Assembly (NCBI RefSeq): GCF_963921235.1
Contig: NC_086104.1
Location: 121,396,001-121,460,000, forward strand
Origin: Mobula hypostoma
Lineage: Eukaryota
Direction of reading: 5' to 3'
Length of the DNA: 64,000 bases
Below, in pieces: positions 1-11,036 of this stretch. A program made the position numbers and the translations under genes. The notes beneath the pieces are model-generated. The model saw nothing but the letters and a program-made list of their open reading frames with translations, did not search any database and was not told the origin of the DNA. Numbering within the stretch: the stretch's first letter is position 1; the number at the start of each line of letters is the position of its first letter.

Positions 1-717
1 AAATGGAGGGAGTTCAGGTGGAAAAACTTGATAAGATATTTTATTACACCCTCTCAGAAATCCCATTATGATAATAACCCCCCTGTTTGCTGGAGAAATT
101 GTAGAAATCAAAATGCAAACAATTATCATATTTTCAGGGAATGCCCCGTTATAAAAGACTATTGGATTTGGATACATAATGCCCTACAAGACAGCTTTAA
201 ATGTGAAATACCCTTAGAGAGTAAGACCATATATTTTGGGTATATACCTCAAGAATGGTTGAAAAGAGATTAATATTTAATGAATAGACTGCTGGTGGCT
301 GGTAAAAAGACCCTTACCAGGAAATGGTTATCACAGGAGAGCCCAACTTTAAATGTATGTATGGAAATTACAATGGACATTTACAAAATGGAGAAGATAA
401 CAGCATCGGTTCATCATAAATTGGAACAATTTTATTCATACTGGAAAAAACGGTTTAACTACGTAACACCTGATTTTATTCTCACAAGTCAATGAATATG
501 TTGTAAAAAAAAGATCACTCCCTAATCTGTACATAGTTTTCTCCTTTCGATTGTTCTTTCTTTCCTCTCCTTTTTTATAAGTGTATACCTCAGATAAATA
601 TTATGTGGAGATTTGTGACAAATATGGTATCATATATATGTACATTATCTGAAATACATCTTATGGAATTGTTTGTTTGATGATGAAATTCAATAAAAAT
701 AAATTACCAAAAAAAAC
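1..717 (+). mobile_element. 3' end of an L1-type LINE (ORF2 C-terminal Cys/His region with stops, 3' UTR, AATAAA, A-tail)
   Basis: ORFs 28-273 and 280-495 read CWRNC..NYHIFRECP..YW..KKTLTRKWL..W, typical of the L1 ORF2 C-terminus. They are followed by aataaa (~692) and an A-run at 711-717. Confidence 0.75.
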
Positions 718-796
718 GCTGAACAAGAAATGGAATCGGAAAGCGGGAACTGGGGGCAGCTAGTGGGGAAAGAGGGCAGTGGGATCGGAGACTCAC

Positions 797-1156
797 CTCG
801 TACCAGGAGCACGGTCCCGTTCCCTCGGAGCAGCAGCCGCCGGTCGGGAAGGTGAACGGACGCCAGGCAGCGGTAGGTGTTAGAGTGGCTCGGGCGGAGG
901 TGCCGGACTTGGAGGGAGAGTCCCGTGCCGATCTCACTCTCAGGTAGGGCGTCTTCCCGCTGGGTTTCCTGTGGGGGCGGGTAGACGACACGTTCTTCTT
1001 CCCCCTCCTCCGTCCCGCCGATCACCCAATAAGGGTAGATTATCACCCGGGGCTCCGTCAGCCCCAGAACTTCGCAGTGCAGCGTCACGTTGGAGCCACT
1101 CGGGACCTCCAACCTCCGAGGCCACTGGGACACGTAGAGGGTGGCGAGCGAGATGT
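797..1156 (-). CDS. Ig V-domain exon with J-like GNGT motif (NKp30/CD28-family-like), left inverted paralog
   Basis: On the - strand: acceptor tgtgttacag|AC and donor CGAG|gtgagt. The exon is 360 nt, phase 1-1 and open. It carries LHC (B-strand Cys), PYW, TYRC and RGNGTVLLV. Confidence 0.9.
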
Positions 1157-1680
1157 CTGTAACACAGTGAGGGAGGAAGAATGGTGAGGGAGCGCCTGTA
1201 GTGCATTGGAGAGAGGTGGTGAGGGAGCGTCTGTATCTCAGGGAGGGAGGGAGTGTAGTGAGAGAGCGCCGTAATACAAGGAGTGAGGGAGAGAATAGTA
1301 AAAGATTGTGTACATAGGGAAGTGGATTAGAGGGCAGAGAGTAAACGTGGAGTGATATCAAACTGCCAGGAAAGAGTTAAACATTATTCGTCCTTGGTAT
1401 GTGCTAAAATAAAAAGGAAGTCTGCCAGACAACATGGTGTTAACCCAGAGTGGAACTGATTTGAGGAAGTTGAATGAGTACAAGTCTCCAGCCTGGAGAG
1501 TAGATCATGATGAATACAAGTTTGTGTCGGGAAGGCGAGGCCTTTAGCCAGGTACCAAACAGTGACCCATCAGGGAGAGTTCTAGGGTAAGAGTTCTGTT
1601 AGAGTTTTAAAGGGATACTGTAAGGGAGTAAGTACGGGTAAATCTCTGTGTAAGTGCGGAGAGTTTTCCATCAGACCACG

Positions 1681-3456
1681 TTAAACTAGAGTTTCAGGGG
1701 AGGGAACCAGAGTGTTAGAGCAGATAGTGAGGTGGAGGAGGATAAAAGTCATGCGAGAACTGCAAGTATAGTGCATGGAGTAAAGCCAGATCTAACATAT
1801 AAACATGCTTTGAGGAAAGAGAAACAGAATAAAGGGTGTAAAGGTAGTAAGGTAGAAGGGCTAAAGTGCGTGTACTTCAATGCAAGAAGCATCAGGAACA
1901 AAGGTGATGAACTGAGAGCTTGGAAACATGCATTGAATTATGATGTCGTCGTCTTTACTAGACTTGGCTGGCACCAGGGCAGGAATGGATTCTCAATATT
2001 CCTGGATTTCAGTGCTTTCAATGCAATGGGGTGGGGAGGGGGCGGGAATGGGAGGCAGGGTGACATTAATGGTCAGGGATACTATTACAGGTACAGAAAG
2101 GGTGGGTAATGTAGCAGATCCTCTTTTGAGTCAGTATTGGTTGAAGTCAGGAACAGGAAGGGAGCAGTTACTCTATTGGGAGTATTCTATAGGCCCCCTG
2201 GTAGCAGCAGAGATACCGAGAAGCAGATTGGGAGGCAGATTTTGGAAAGGTGCAAAAATAACAGGGTTGTTATCATGGGTGACTCTAACTTCTCTAATAT
2301 TGATTGGCACCTGATTAGTTCCAGTGGTTTAGACGGGGCAGAGTTTGTTAAGTGCGTCCAGGATGGATTCCTGTCACAGTATGTGGACAGGCCGACCAGG
2401 GGGAATGCCATACTAGATCTAGTACTAGGTAATGAACAGTGTCAGGTCACAGATCTCTCAGTGGGTGAGCATCTGGGGGACAGTGACCACTGCTCCCTGG
2501 CCTTTAAAATTAACATGGGAAAGAATAGAATCAGAGAGGACAGGAAAATCTTTAATCAGGGAAGTGCTAATTATGAGGCTATAAGGTTAGAACTTGCGGG
2601 TGTGAATTGGCATGATGTTTTTGCAGGGAAATGTACTATGGACATGTGGTCGATGTTTAGAGATCTCATGCAGGATGTTAGGGATAAATTTGTCCCGGTG
2701 AGGAAGATAAAGAATGGTAGAGTGAAGGAACCATGGGTGACAAGTGAAGTGGAGAATCTAGTCAGGTGGAAGAAGGTAGCATTCATGAGGTTTAGGAAGC
2801 AAGGGTCAGATGGGTCTATTGAGAAATATAGGGTAGAAAGAAAGGAGCTTAAGAAGGGGCTGAGGAGAGCAAGAAGGGGGCATGAGAAGGCGTTGGCGAG
2901 TAGGGTAAAGGAAAACCACGAAGCATTCTTCAATTATGTGAAGAACAAATGGATGACAAAAGTGAAGGTAGGACTGATTAGAGATAAAGGTGGGAAGATG
3001 TGCCTGGAGGCTATGGAAGTGAGCGAGGTCCTCAATGAATACTTCTCTTTGGTATTCACCAATGAGAGGGAACTTGATGATGATGAGGACAATATGAGTG
3101 AGGTTGATGTTCTGGAGCATGTTGATATTAAGGGAGAGGAGGTGTTGGAGTTGTTAAAATACATTAGGATGGATAAATCCCCGGAGCCTGACGGAATATT
3201 CTCCAGGTTGCTCCACGAGGCGAGGGAAGAGATTGCTGAGCCTCTGGCTAGGATGTTTATGTCTTCGTTGTCCATGGGAATGGTACCGGAGGATTGGAGG
3301 GAGGCGAATGTTGTCCCCGTGTTCAAAAAAGTTAAAAGAGATAGTCCGAGGAATTATAGACCAGTGAGCTATACGTCTGTGGTGGGAAAGCTGTTGGAAA
3401 AGATTCTTAGAGATAGGATCTATGGGTATTTAGAGAATCATGGTCTGATCAGGGAC
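1681..3456 (+). mobile_element. CR1 LINE fragment (end of ORF1, APE endonuclease, N-terminal RT) inside intron 1 of the left receptor paralog
   Basis: Motifs CVYFNARSIRNK, GVFYRPP, MGDSNF, LDLVL, SDH, KSPEPDGI and NYRPVS in the ORF track. Truncated at both ends. Confidence 0.92.
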
Positions 3457-3515
3457 TCTATCACTCTATGGGGAATGGGTCCCACAAACACAGACTCTTT
3501 CTGTCATTTTCTCCA

Positions 3516-3519
<4 letters not shown>

Positions 3520-3598
<79 letters not shown>
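3520..3598. repeat. Compound (CT)n(CA)n microsatellite
   Basis: Directly visible. It explains the SLSLSHTHTH tails in the ORF track. Confidence 0.98.
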
Positions 3599-3601
<3 letters not shown>

Positions 3602-3666
3602 CTTTCTGTCTCTTTCTCCATCACACACATACATACACGTGTCCCGAGCAGTAAGGAGGTTCTTAC

Positions 3667-3712
3667 CCAACAGAAGGAGGAGCAAGATCAGTTTTCGAAG
3701 CTGCGCCCTCAT
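3667..3712 (-). CDS. Leader (signal peptide) exon of the left V-domain receptor paralog: MRAQLRKLILLLLLL
   Basis: ATG at 3712, 15 codons plus 1 nt, then gtaaga donor. Phase 1 matches the V exon at 797-1156 (G|AC = Asp, giving DISLA-TLYVSQW). Confidence 0.85.
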
Positions 3713-3829
3713 CGCCCAAAGTATTTTCAATTAACACAACTCTGAGGGCGCAAAAAGAAATATCTTAGCACAGTTTTGCCGGGCCGAAGGGACATAATAC
3801 CTTGCTGTAGTGAAATGATCTGGATGGAC

Positions 3830-4475
3830 ATGTATTTCTGAACAAATTTCCCTGTCTTTGGTGAAATACCAAATCTCATCAAACTCCTAATGAAATATAT
3901 ATACCACTGCATCTTTGTAATTGCATCGATATGCTGGGCCCAGTCTAGATCCTCAGAGATATTGACACCCAGGAACTTGAAATTGTTTACTCTTTCTTCT
4001 TCTGATCCGTCTGTGATGACTGATGTGTGTCCCCTTGTCTTACCCTTTCTGAAGTCTTTCTGAGATTGAGTGCAAGGTTGTTGCTGTGACACGACACAAC
4101 AAGCTGATACACCTTGTTCCTGTACGCCCTCTCGTCACCATCTGCGATTCTGCCAACAATAGTTGTACCATCTGCAAATTTATAGGTGGCATTTGAACTG
4201 TGAGGGTGTAGAGAGAGTAGAGCAGTGGGCTAAGGACACGTCCCGGAGGGGCGCCGGTGTTGTCAGCGAGGTGGAAATGCTATTTCCGATTCAGACAGAC
4301 TGTGGTCTCCAGTTCAGTAAGTCGAGGATCCAGTTGCAGAGGGAGGTACAGAGGCCCTGGTTCTGCAGCTTATTGATCAGAACTGGAGGACAGATTGTGT
4401 TAATTGTTGAGCTGTAGTCAATAATCAGCATCCTGTCATAGGCATTTGTATTGTCCACGTTATCCAAGGCCGTGT
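3830..4475 (-). mobile_element. Decayed Rex1/Babar-like LINE RT fragment
   Basis: Translation FKFLGVNISEDLDWAQHIDAITK..YFIRSL and the sequence 'cacacggccttggataacgtggacaatacaaatgcc', resembling this clade's RT. Confidence 0.65.
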
Positions 4476-4839
4476 GAAGAGTCTTTCAGATCGCATCCGC
4501 CGTAGACCTTCCTCAACCCGTCCCTTTCCAATCTACGTTTCTCTCTCTCTCTCTCTCTTTCTCTCATTTTTCTGCCCTTTGGTTTTTCTCTCTCGTTTCC
4601 AATCTCGGGCTCTCGTTCCCCTACTACCCCAAGATATTTTTCCAGCCCACACTCCCTCCTTATATATTTCCCTCTCTCTTCTTCACCCCATCCTCCTCCT
4701 CTTCACTTTTCTCCTCCTCACACTGCTCCTCTCTCTCTGCTCCCTCGCTCTCCCTGCACCCCCACTCACATCCCCCACCTCCGCCTGGTGTCATCTACAC
4801 CACATCCTGTTCACCACGTCTCCCCCTCTGCTGTGTTTC

Positions 4840-5160
4840 GCTGTGACTAATTCACTGACCGCACACTGGCAGGCCAGTTCCGTCCGCAGTACAGTAACTG
4901 TGTGTGGTGTGGACTCTGTGACAACACTCTCACCCGATTTGCTTCAGCGCTACCGGGTCTCAGCGGCACTACATGATCCCGGGCACCGGAAGATGGCCCG
5001 CCAGTTATACAAACGGGAACGGGAACCTCTTTCTCCTGAGTTACCTCACTGGTCGTGCGGCCCTCACTTGCCCTATCTCCTCACCGCCCCTCCCGCTGTG
5101 GTTCCTCAGCCGAGGAGTTCAAACTGATCTCCACCGAGAATCGCCATCTTTATGATTCAA
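4840..5160 (+). promoter_or_regulatory. CpG-rich promoter-like cassette (ACTACAnnnTCCC, CCGGAAG/ETS, AAGATGG/YY1, GC box); inverted copy at about 41690-42010
   Basis: Clustered motifs in 'gcggcactacatgatcccgggcaccggaagatggcc' and 'cgccatctt'. High CpG density in a CpG-poor background. Confidence 0.35.
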
Positions 5161-6064
5161 ATCAGAGTGACAAGACACAGAGAGAGGGAAAGAGCAAGAG
5201 CGAGAGTGATGAAGAGAAAGAGGGAGGGAGATGGGGTCATGGAGATGTGGGGAGACAGAAAGAAGTGGTTAGGGTTAATGGAGACGGAGAGACAGGCAGA
5301 TACTCATAGAGCTCCGGGCCGCCATCAGCTCCTCACCCGCCCCCTGCTCATAGGCTGTCCACTGAGTTCAGTCAGCGCCTCCGACCTGTCGCTCCCTTCC
5401 CCACCAGGCGAGCTCTCCTCTTCGGTTGGGACCAGCCGTTCGCACTGGAACTGCTTTCCTCTCGGGGTCGAGCGCTGGCGCTCCGGACGCCCGATACAGG
5501 AGGAGCAGCGGCCGCTCAGCCGGGACAGGAAGGTGCGGCAGCGAAAATCAGGTCCCCTTTCACTGTCTGACGTCCTGTCCGGGGGCCGGACTGTACCTGA
5601 CAGTCCGGAAACTCATAACACCGTTCCATCGGATGTGGGGGGCGGGTGGAATAGCCGCCCTGAGGCGGACCGAGGGAGAAGACTTGAAGAGGGAACGTCA
5701 CGGAATAAGCGGCGAGGAGTGAGAAAGGGACGGGACACAACGGCCACTGCATCCCTTTCATTTACCCTCTTCCCCTATTCCTCATCGCTACAAATCTTTC
5801 CTTCACCCCTCCCGACTCCTTCCACCCGAAGCCCGCACCCTCCCCATTCTGCCCCCCACACAGACAATGGTGCGAGAAACACAACACATCCAGTAAATGG
5901 CAGTTTTATTGGTGAAACCGCCTTGTTAATGAGAGGTCAGACTGGTTCAAGCTGACGGGTTGGGGACAGTAACTCAAACAATCACGCGATACAACAGTGT
6001 GTGCAAAAGCCCCCCTGAATGCCCAACACATCGAACCTTGAACTGGATGACGCAGGTCACGAGC

Positions 6065-6296
6065 ACACGGTCAGTGGCCACTTTATTAGGTACAGGGGTT
6101 CCAGAAGTGCTGTGGGAACAAACTAAAGTTAACGTCCTGACGAAGGGTCTCAGCGGAGATATCAAAAATTGATTAATTTCCCTTCTTGACTGTTGACTCT
6201 GCCTGCTTTAATGCGTTGAGTTCGTGCCACATGATTGACCGATTAGATATTTTCATCACCAAGTCGGTGGAGCTAATAAAGTGGCCACTGAGTGCA
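6065..6296. mobile_element. Tc1/mariner-like MITE
   Basis: Terminal inverted repeats cagtggccactttatt (~6072) and aataaagtggccactg (~6275). Confidence 0.7.
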
Positions 6297-6868
6297 CTAA
6301 TGTCCTGTACTGTTGCAAGAACTCATCTTTGGGACATTTATACCCGGGTTAGGTCCGCCATGACAACTTACAGATAACGGCAATGAATTTGACATTAGAT
6401 TTTTGAATTTAATAAGCTTATCCTCGAGTCTGGTAGGACCAGTTTCAAACTTTAGTATCTTCTGCCTGACGAGAGCGGGGAGAAGAGAGAATGTCCCGTG
6501 TAGGAATGCTCTTTAATACTGTTGGCTGCTCCTCCCATTCTTGCGGGGCCTTGGACACGGTATAGGGGGCTCCGAGTTGCAGTGGGGACATGAGTGAGAG
6601 ATTGAGAGAAGATTTGGCAAACAGACCCGAAGTATCCCCAGTAGTGTCCAAGCCTGAAGGGTTTAGGTGAGGGGGTACGGAGGTCTCGGAGGATTAGGAA
6701 ACTCCCAGATAGGTTGACCTATGTAGCGCCTGAGGGACAGGGCATAAGGTCTACTGTTCGGGGAGCAATGTTTCTGTTTGTACCCGGATTGGGTTCTTGT
6801 GCCTGCAGGAAGGGTTGGCGAGTTATTTAGAAGTCATGAGGACATGACTAAATTTGGTGGGGGGAGAG

Positions 6869-7529
6869 TGTAATGGGTTTCTTCTTTTATGTTACTGCTA
6901 AGGCTAATAAAATGGCTTCGTTGTTATGTTATAATAAAATGGTTTCTCTGTGATGTTAACTGCTGAGACAGTGGTTCTCTATAGCAGCTTGTTTTGGGTC
7001 ATAATTACTGATAACGAGAACTGTATTCATTTGCTAACCAATTGGGATAGATGTCATTCTTTCTTGTGTGTCTATAAGCTATTGTTTTCACGGGCATTGG
7101 GCAGAAGGCGCGATGGGGACAGAGAGAGGAGACGTGATGCTGTAAGCTGGGCGAAGGAACGGACCCCAAGCAGGAGTCCGAGGCCCAGTGTCTTCGGCGA
7201 TGAGAGGAGACACAGACAAACTCGAGTAGAGTGTTTGGTTGATCACCGAGGGTTGTCCCATTCGTGGGTTGGCGGAGTTTGGAGGACATCGACTGGAGAA
7301 AGGGGGACCCGGTTCTGTAAGAGCTCCAACGATGTGCACTGCACACAAACTGGATAATAATAATGTCTCCTTTAAAAAAAACAGTTAAACAGTTCTTATT
7401 TTGTTCCTTTACTATCTACATAGTCAAAGTAAGAGTTATAAAGTGTAATCATTTAATCGCATATGGTGTACTGTCTGTTATTTGGCGTGGTGGGATACAT
7501 CACACAGCATCTACACAAACTTGATGACA
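6869..7529 (+). mobile_element. Gypsy-type LTR (same family as 55209-55806 and 61569-62601)
   Basis: TG...CA termini. Preceded by polypurine tract ggggggagag and followed by PBS-like cagtttggcgggg. Near-identical to the other two copies. Confidence 0.75.
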
Positions 7530-8238
7530 CAGTTTGGCGGGGACCAAGGCCACTCCTCCTAGGCGAAAGTGAGCTGAGCGAGCCTGAGGCTTACCAGGGG
7601 GCTACATATATTCCAGTCCTCTCAAAATGAATGCTAACATTGCATTTGCTTTCCTCACCTCTTGACTCAACCTATAAGTTAATGTTTAGGGAATCGTGCA
7701 TGAGGACACCCAAGTCCATTTGCATCTTAGATTTTTGAATTCTCTCCCCATTTAGAAAATGGTAATTTCTTAGACCGTTCTCCTAATCAGTACAAGTCTT
7801 CAGTCTCCCTGCTACTTCAATTCTATCTGCCCCTCCACCCATCTTTATATCATTGTGAAACTGGAGCACAAATCCACTAATTCCGTCATCCAAATGATTT
7901 ACATACAACGTGCAAAGAAACGCTCCCTAAAACAACTGGCACAGACCACTAGAGACTGGCAGCTTTAATTCCCACTCTTTGCCTCCTTCCAATAGCTAAT
8001 GCTGTATTCATGCTCGTTCTTTTCCTGTCATACCATGGATTCTTATCACTTATCTTATCTTAACATGTGCAGCACCTTGTCAAAGGCCCTCTGAAAATCC
8101 AAGCACAACATCCACAGGTTATCCTTTGTCTATCCTGCTTGGTATTTCCTCAAAGAATCCCAAGAGATCTGTCATGCTAGGCTTTCCCTCAAGCAAACAT
8201 ATGCTGACTGTGGCCTGTTTGATCATGTGCCTCTGAGT

Positions 8239-9570
8239 TGTCATGGTCCAATCCGTGAAGTCCGCTTTCCAGTTCACGGTCCGGTCCATGGACTCAGGAC
8301 TCTGGGTCTTGCAGCTGTCCCTTGTTTTGGTTGGGTTATTCATAGGAACCTAATTCCCATCTTGGGGCTTGGAATATAAGTAGCCTTGGGGTCGAGTGTG
8401 GGCTGCTGGTTTGTGTTGTCAAGATCCCCTGGGAGAAACCTGCCGGAGGATGGCTAGAGTGGCCACTTGCCATCTTCAGGTCGTGTTGGACATCTGTCGC
8501 TTCATGGAGCCTTGATGTCAGTAGTTGGAGCTGTCTTTGCTGTATGGATTCCGCTGTTTCCTGGGCCAGCTGAGTGGCCATCAGCCACTCCAAGTGAGGT
8601 AGGGATCTGGCCTTTTCTGTAGCCAGCCGAGGTTGCTGGCCGTAACTGCGACTCGGAGCAACCCCTATGCAGAGATGGAACTGTCTGTTGTGCATCGGTG
8701 TTTGTCTCTTGTCCTTGCCTCCAGAGGGTAAGTCAGGCAGTTCAGCTGTTGCCCTGTGGGGCATTTGTCTTGTCTTGTCCTCGCATCCGTGGGGTAAGTC
8801 AGGCCGTTCTGCCATTACCTGACGGATGGACCTGTCCCACCTTGGTACGGAGATAAAGTTGATAAAGTTGAGTCCCCACTTTTTGAAGGGTAAGTCCCAG
8901 CTCTATGTTGATGTACAGTTCCCAGTCTCTGATCCCCAGCCTCTGAGTTACCAGCCTCCAGCCTCAAGCCTCAGACTCCAGAACCTAGCCTCAAGCCTCA
9001 GGACCCAAGACCCCAGCCTCAGCACCCAAGACCCACGATCCCAGCTTCAACCCTCCAGCCTCAGGACCCAAGACCCACGACCCCAGCCTCCAGCCTCAAG
9101 CCTCAAGCCTCAGGACCAAAGACCCAGGACCCCAGCCTCAATCCTCAAGCCTCAGGACCCAAGACCCACGACCCCAGTCTCAAGCCTCAGGACCCAAGAC
9201 CCACGACCCCAGCCTCAAGCCTCAGGACCCAAGACCCACGACCCCAGCCTCAAGCCTCAAGCCACAGGACCCCAGACCCATGACCCCAGCCTCAAGCCTC
9301 AAGCCTCAGGACCAAACACCCATGAACCAAGCCTCAAGCTTCAAGCCTCAGGACCTAAGATCCACGACCCCAGCCTCAAGCCTCAGGACCCAAGACCCAA
9401 GACCCACGACCCCAGCCTTAATCCTCAAGCCTCAAGCCTCAGGACCCAAGAGCCACGACCCCAGCCTCAAGCCTCAGGACCCAAGACCCATGACCCCAGC
9501 CTCAAGCCTCAAGCCTCAAGACACAGGACCCAAGACCCACGACCCCAGCCTTAATCCTCAAGCCTCAAGC
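8239..9570 (+). mobile_element. Truncated solo LTR-like element with CCTCAAG-based minisatellite, inserted in a CR1 fragment
   Basis: Starts tgtcatgg at the same CR1 junction as the complete copy at 56512-58630. Tandem 'cctcaagcctcaggacccaagacccacgaccccag' units span about 8960-9570. Confidence 0.7.
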
Positions 9571-10532
9571 CTTTCCGACAATACCGTGCGGTGATTGTTG
9601 AAGTGGGGTTCCCGGTGCAGGAGTCGTGTTGTGGTGAGGTGTGCAGGCGTGGGGTGGGGGTGGGGGTGGGGGGAAGAGCCTGTGTAGCAAAACAGCTGAT
9701 CTGACGCCGGTGGATCTACCTGGAACGCGACCTGTCACTACCGAAGGAAGCGGGGTTTGAGTTAGGAACTGGACCGTCGGGAGGAATAGTGACAGAAAGT
9801 GTCGGGGCAAAACACACAAAATGCTGGAAGATCTCAGCAGGCAGCATATATGGAAGTGAATAAACATTCGATGTTTGGGGCCGAGAGCCTTGCTTTCCAG
9901 TCCTGCTGAAGGGTCTCTGCCCCAAATATCGAATGTTTACTCTTTTCTATAGATGCTATCTGGCCTGCTGAGTTCCTCCGCATTTTGTGTGGTTGCTTGG
10001 AGTTCCAGTTTCTGCAGGTTTTCTCGACTTAGTAAAACGTGTGAACGACAGAAAGTTAACGACACTTGTAAAGCTAATCGTAAGAATCGCCAAACATGCG
10101 ATAAACTACAAAAACATGATAGTGAAAAAATAATCTAAAAAGCAAATTTTTGCATGAACCGTAAGGTGTTCAGTATAGATATGAAGTTTCGCTTGGGTGG
10201 ATGCTCAGCTTGTGCAGAACGCCTCGGGGAATGGAACATTCAATGCCACTGTACGTATAGCCTACATTAGAATAAGGAACTACTTTACGTTAGATAATGC
10301 ATGTGTTGAGTTATACTTGTGCGTATGGAGTACGCCGTAGGGCTGATTACTTTTGTGTAGCCCTATGCCGTAGCGAGCATGCGTAGTTGTGTCTGCGTCG
10401 CTCTGAATACTCGCAATCCGCGTAGGTCACTTGCAAATACAAAATAATCTGCAGATGCTGTAAAAGATCAAAGCAACTCTTTCAGTATGCTGGATGAACT
10501 CAGCAGGTCGGGCAGCATCAATCAAAACGATG

Positions 10533-10568
10533 AGTCGATGTTTCGGGCTGGAACCCTTCGTCAGGACT
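10533..10568 (-). ncRNA. Minimal hammerhead ribozyme motif in the Penelope terminus (slightly degenerate)
   Basis: - strand reads AGUC-CUGACGA-AGGGUUCCAGCCC-GAAAC-AUC-GACU. Core and stems I/II are present, but the stem III palindrome is imperfect (ACAU). Confidence 0.55.
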
Positions 10569-10591
10569 GAAGAATGAAAGATGGGGAAGGA

Positions 10592-11036
10592 TTTAGTCAT
10601 AGTCATAGTCATACTTTTTTAATCCCGGGGGAAATCGGTTTTCGTTACAGTTGCTCCATAAATAATAAATAGTAATAGAACCATAAATAGTTAAATAGTA
10701 ATATGTAAATTATGCCAGTAAATTATGAAATAAATCCAGGACCAGCCTATTGGCTCAGGGTATCTGACCCTCCAAGGGAGGAGTTGTAAAGTTTGATGGC
10801 CACAGGCAGGAATGACTTCCTATGACGCTCTGTGTTGCATCTCGGTGGAATAAGCCTCTGGCTGAATGTACTCCTGTGCCCAAACAGTACATTATGTAGT
10901 GGATGGGAGACATTGACCAAGATGGCATGCAGCTTGGACAGCGTCCTCTTTTCAGACACCGCTGTCAGAGAGTCCATTTCCATCCCCACAACATCACTGG
11001 CCTTACGAATGAGTTTGTTGATTCTGTTGGTATATG
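10592..11036 (-). mobile_element. Rex1/L2-like LINE 3' fragment nested inside the Penelope element
   Basis: (tagtca)n tail at about 10592-10612. ORF 10747-10989 reads SHPLH..RLIPPRCNTERHRKSFLPVAIKLYN, a typical 3' end. Confidence 0.65.

Noticed and set aside
2137-3654. 505-aa ORF as a host gene
   Set aside because: It is CR1 ORF2 reading through into flanking DNA and a microsatellite.
5152-5955. 267-aa ORF (247-aa counterpart at 40952-41695)
   Set aside because: No recognisable domain, purine- and GC-rich low complexity, and the two copies are very recent duplicates. Shared openness is therefore not evidence of coding.
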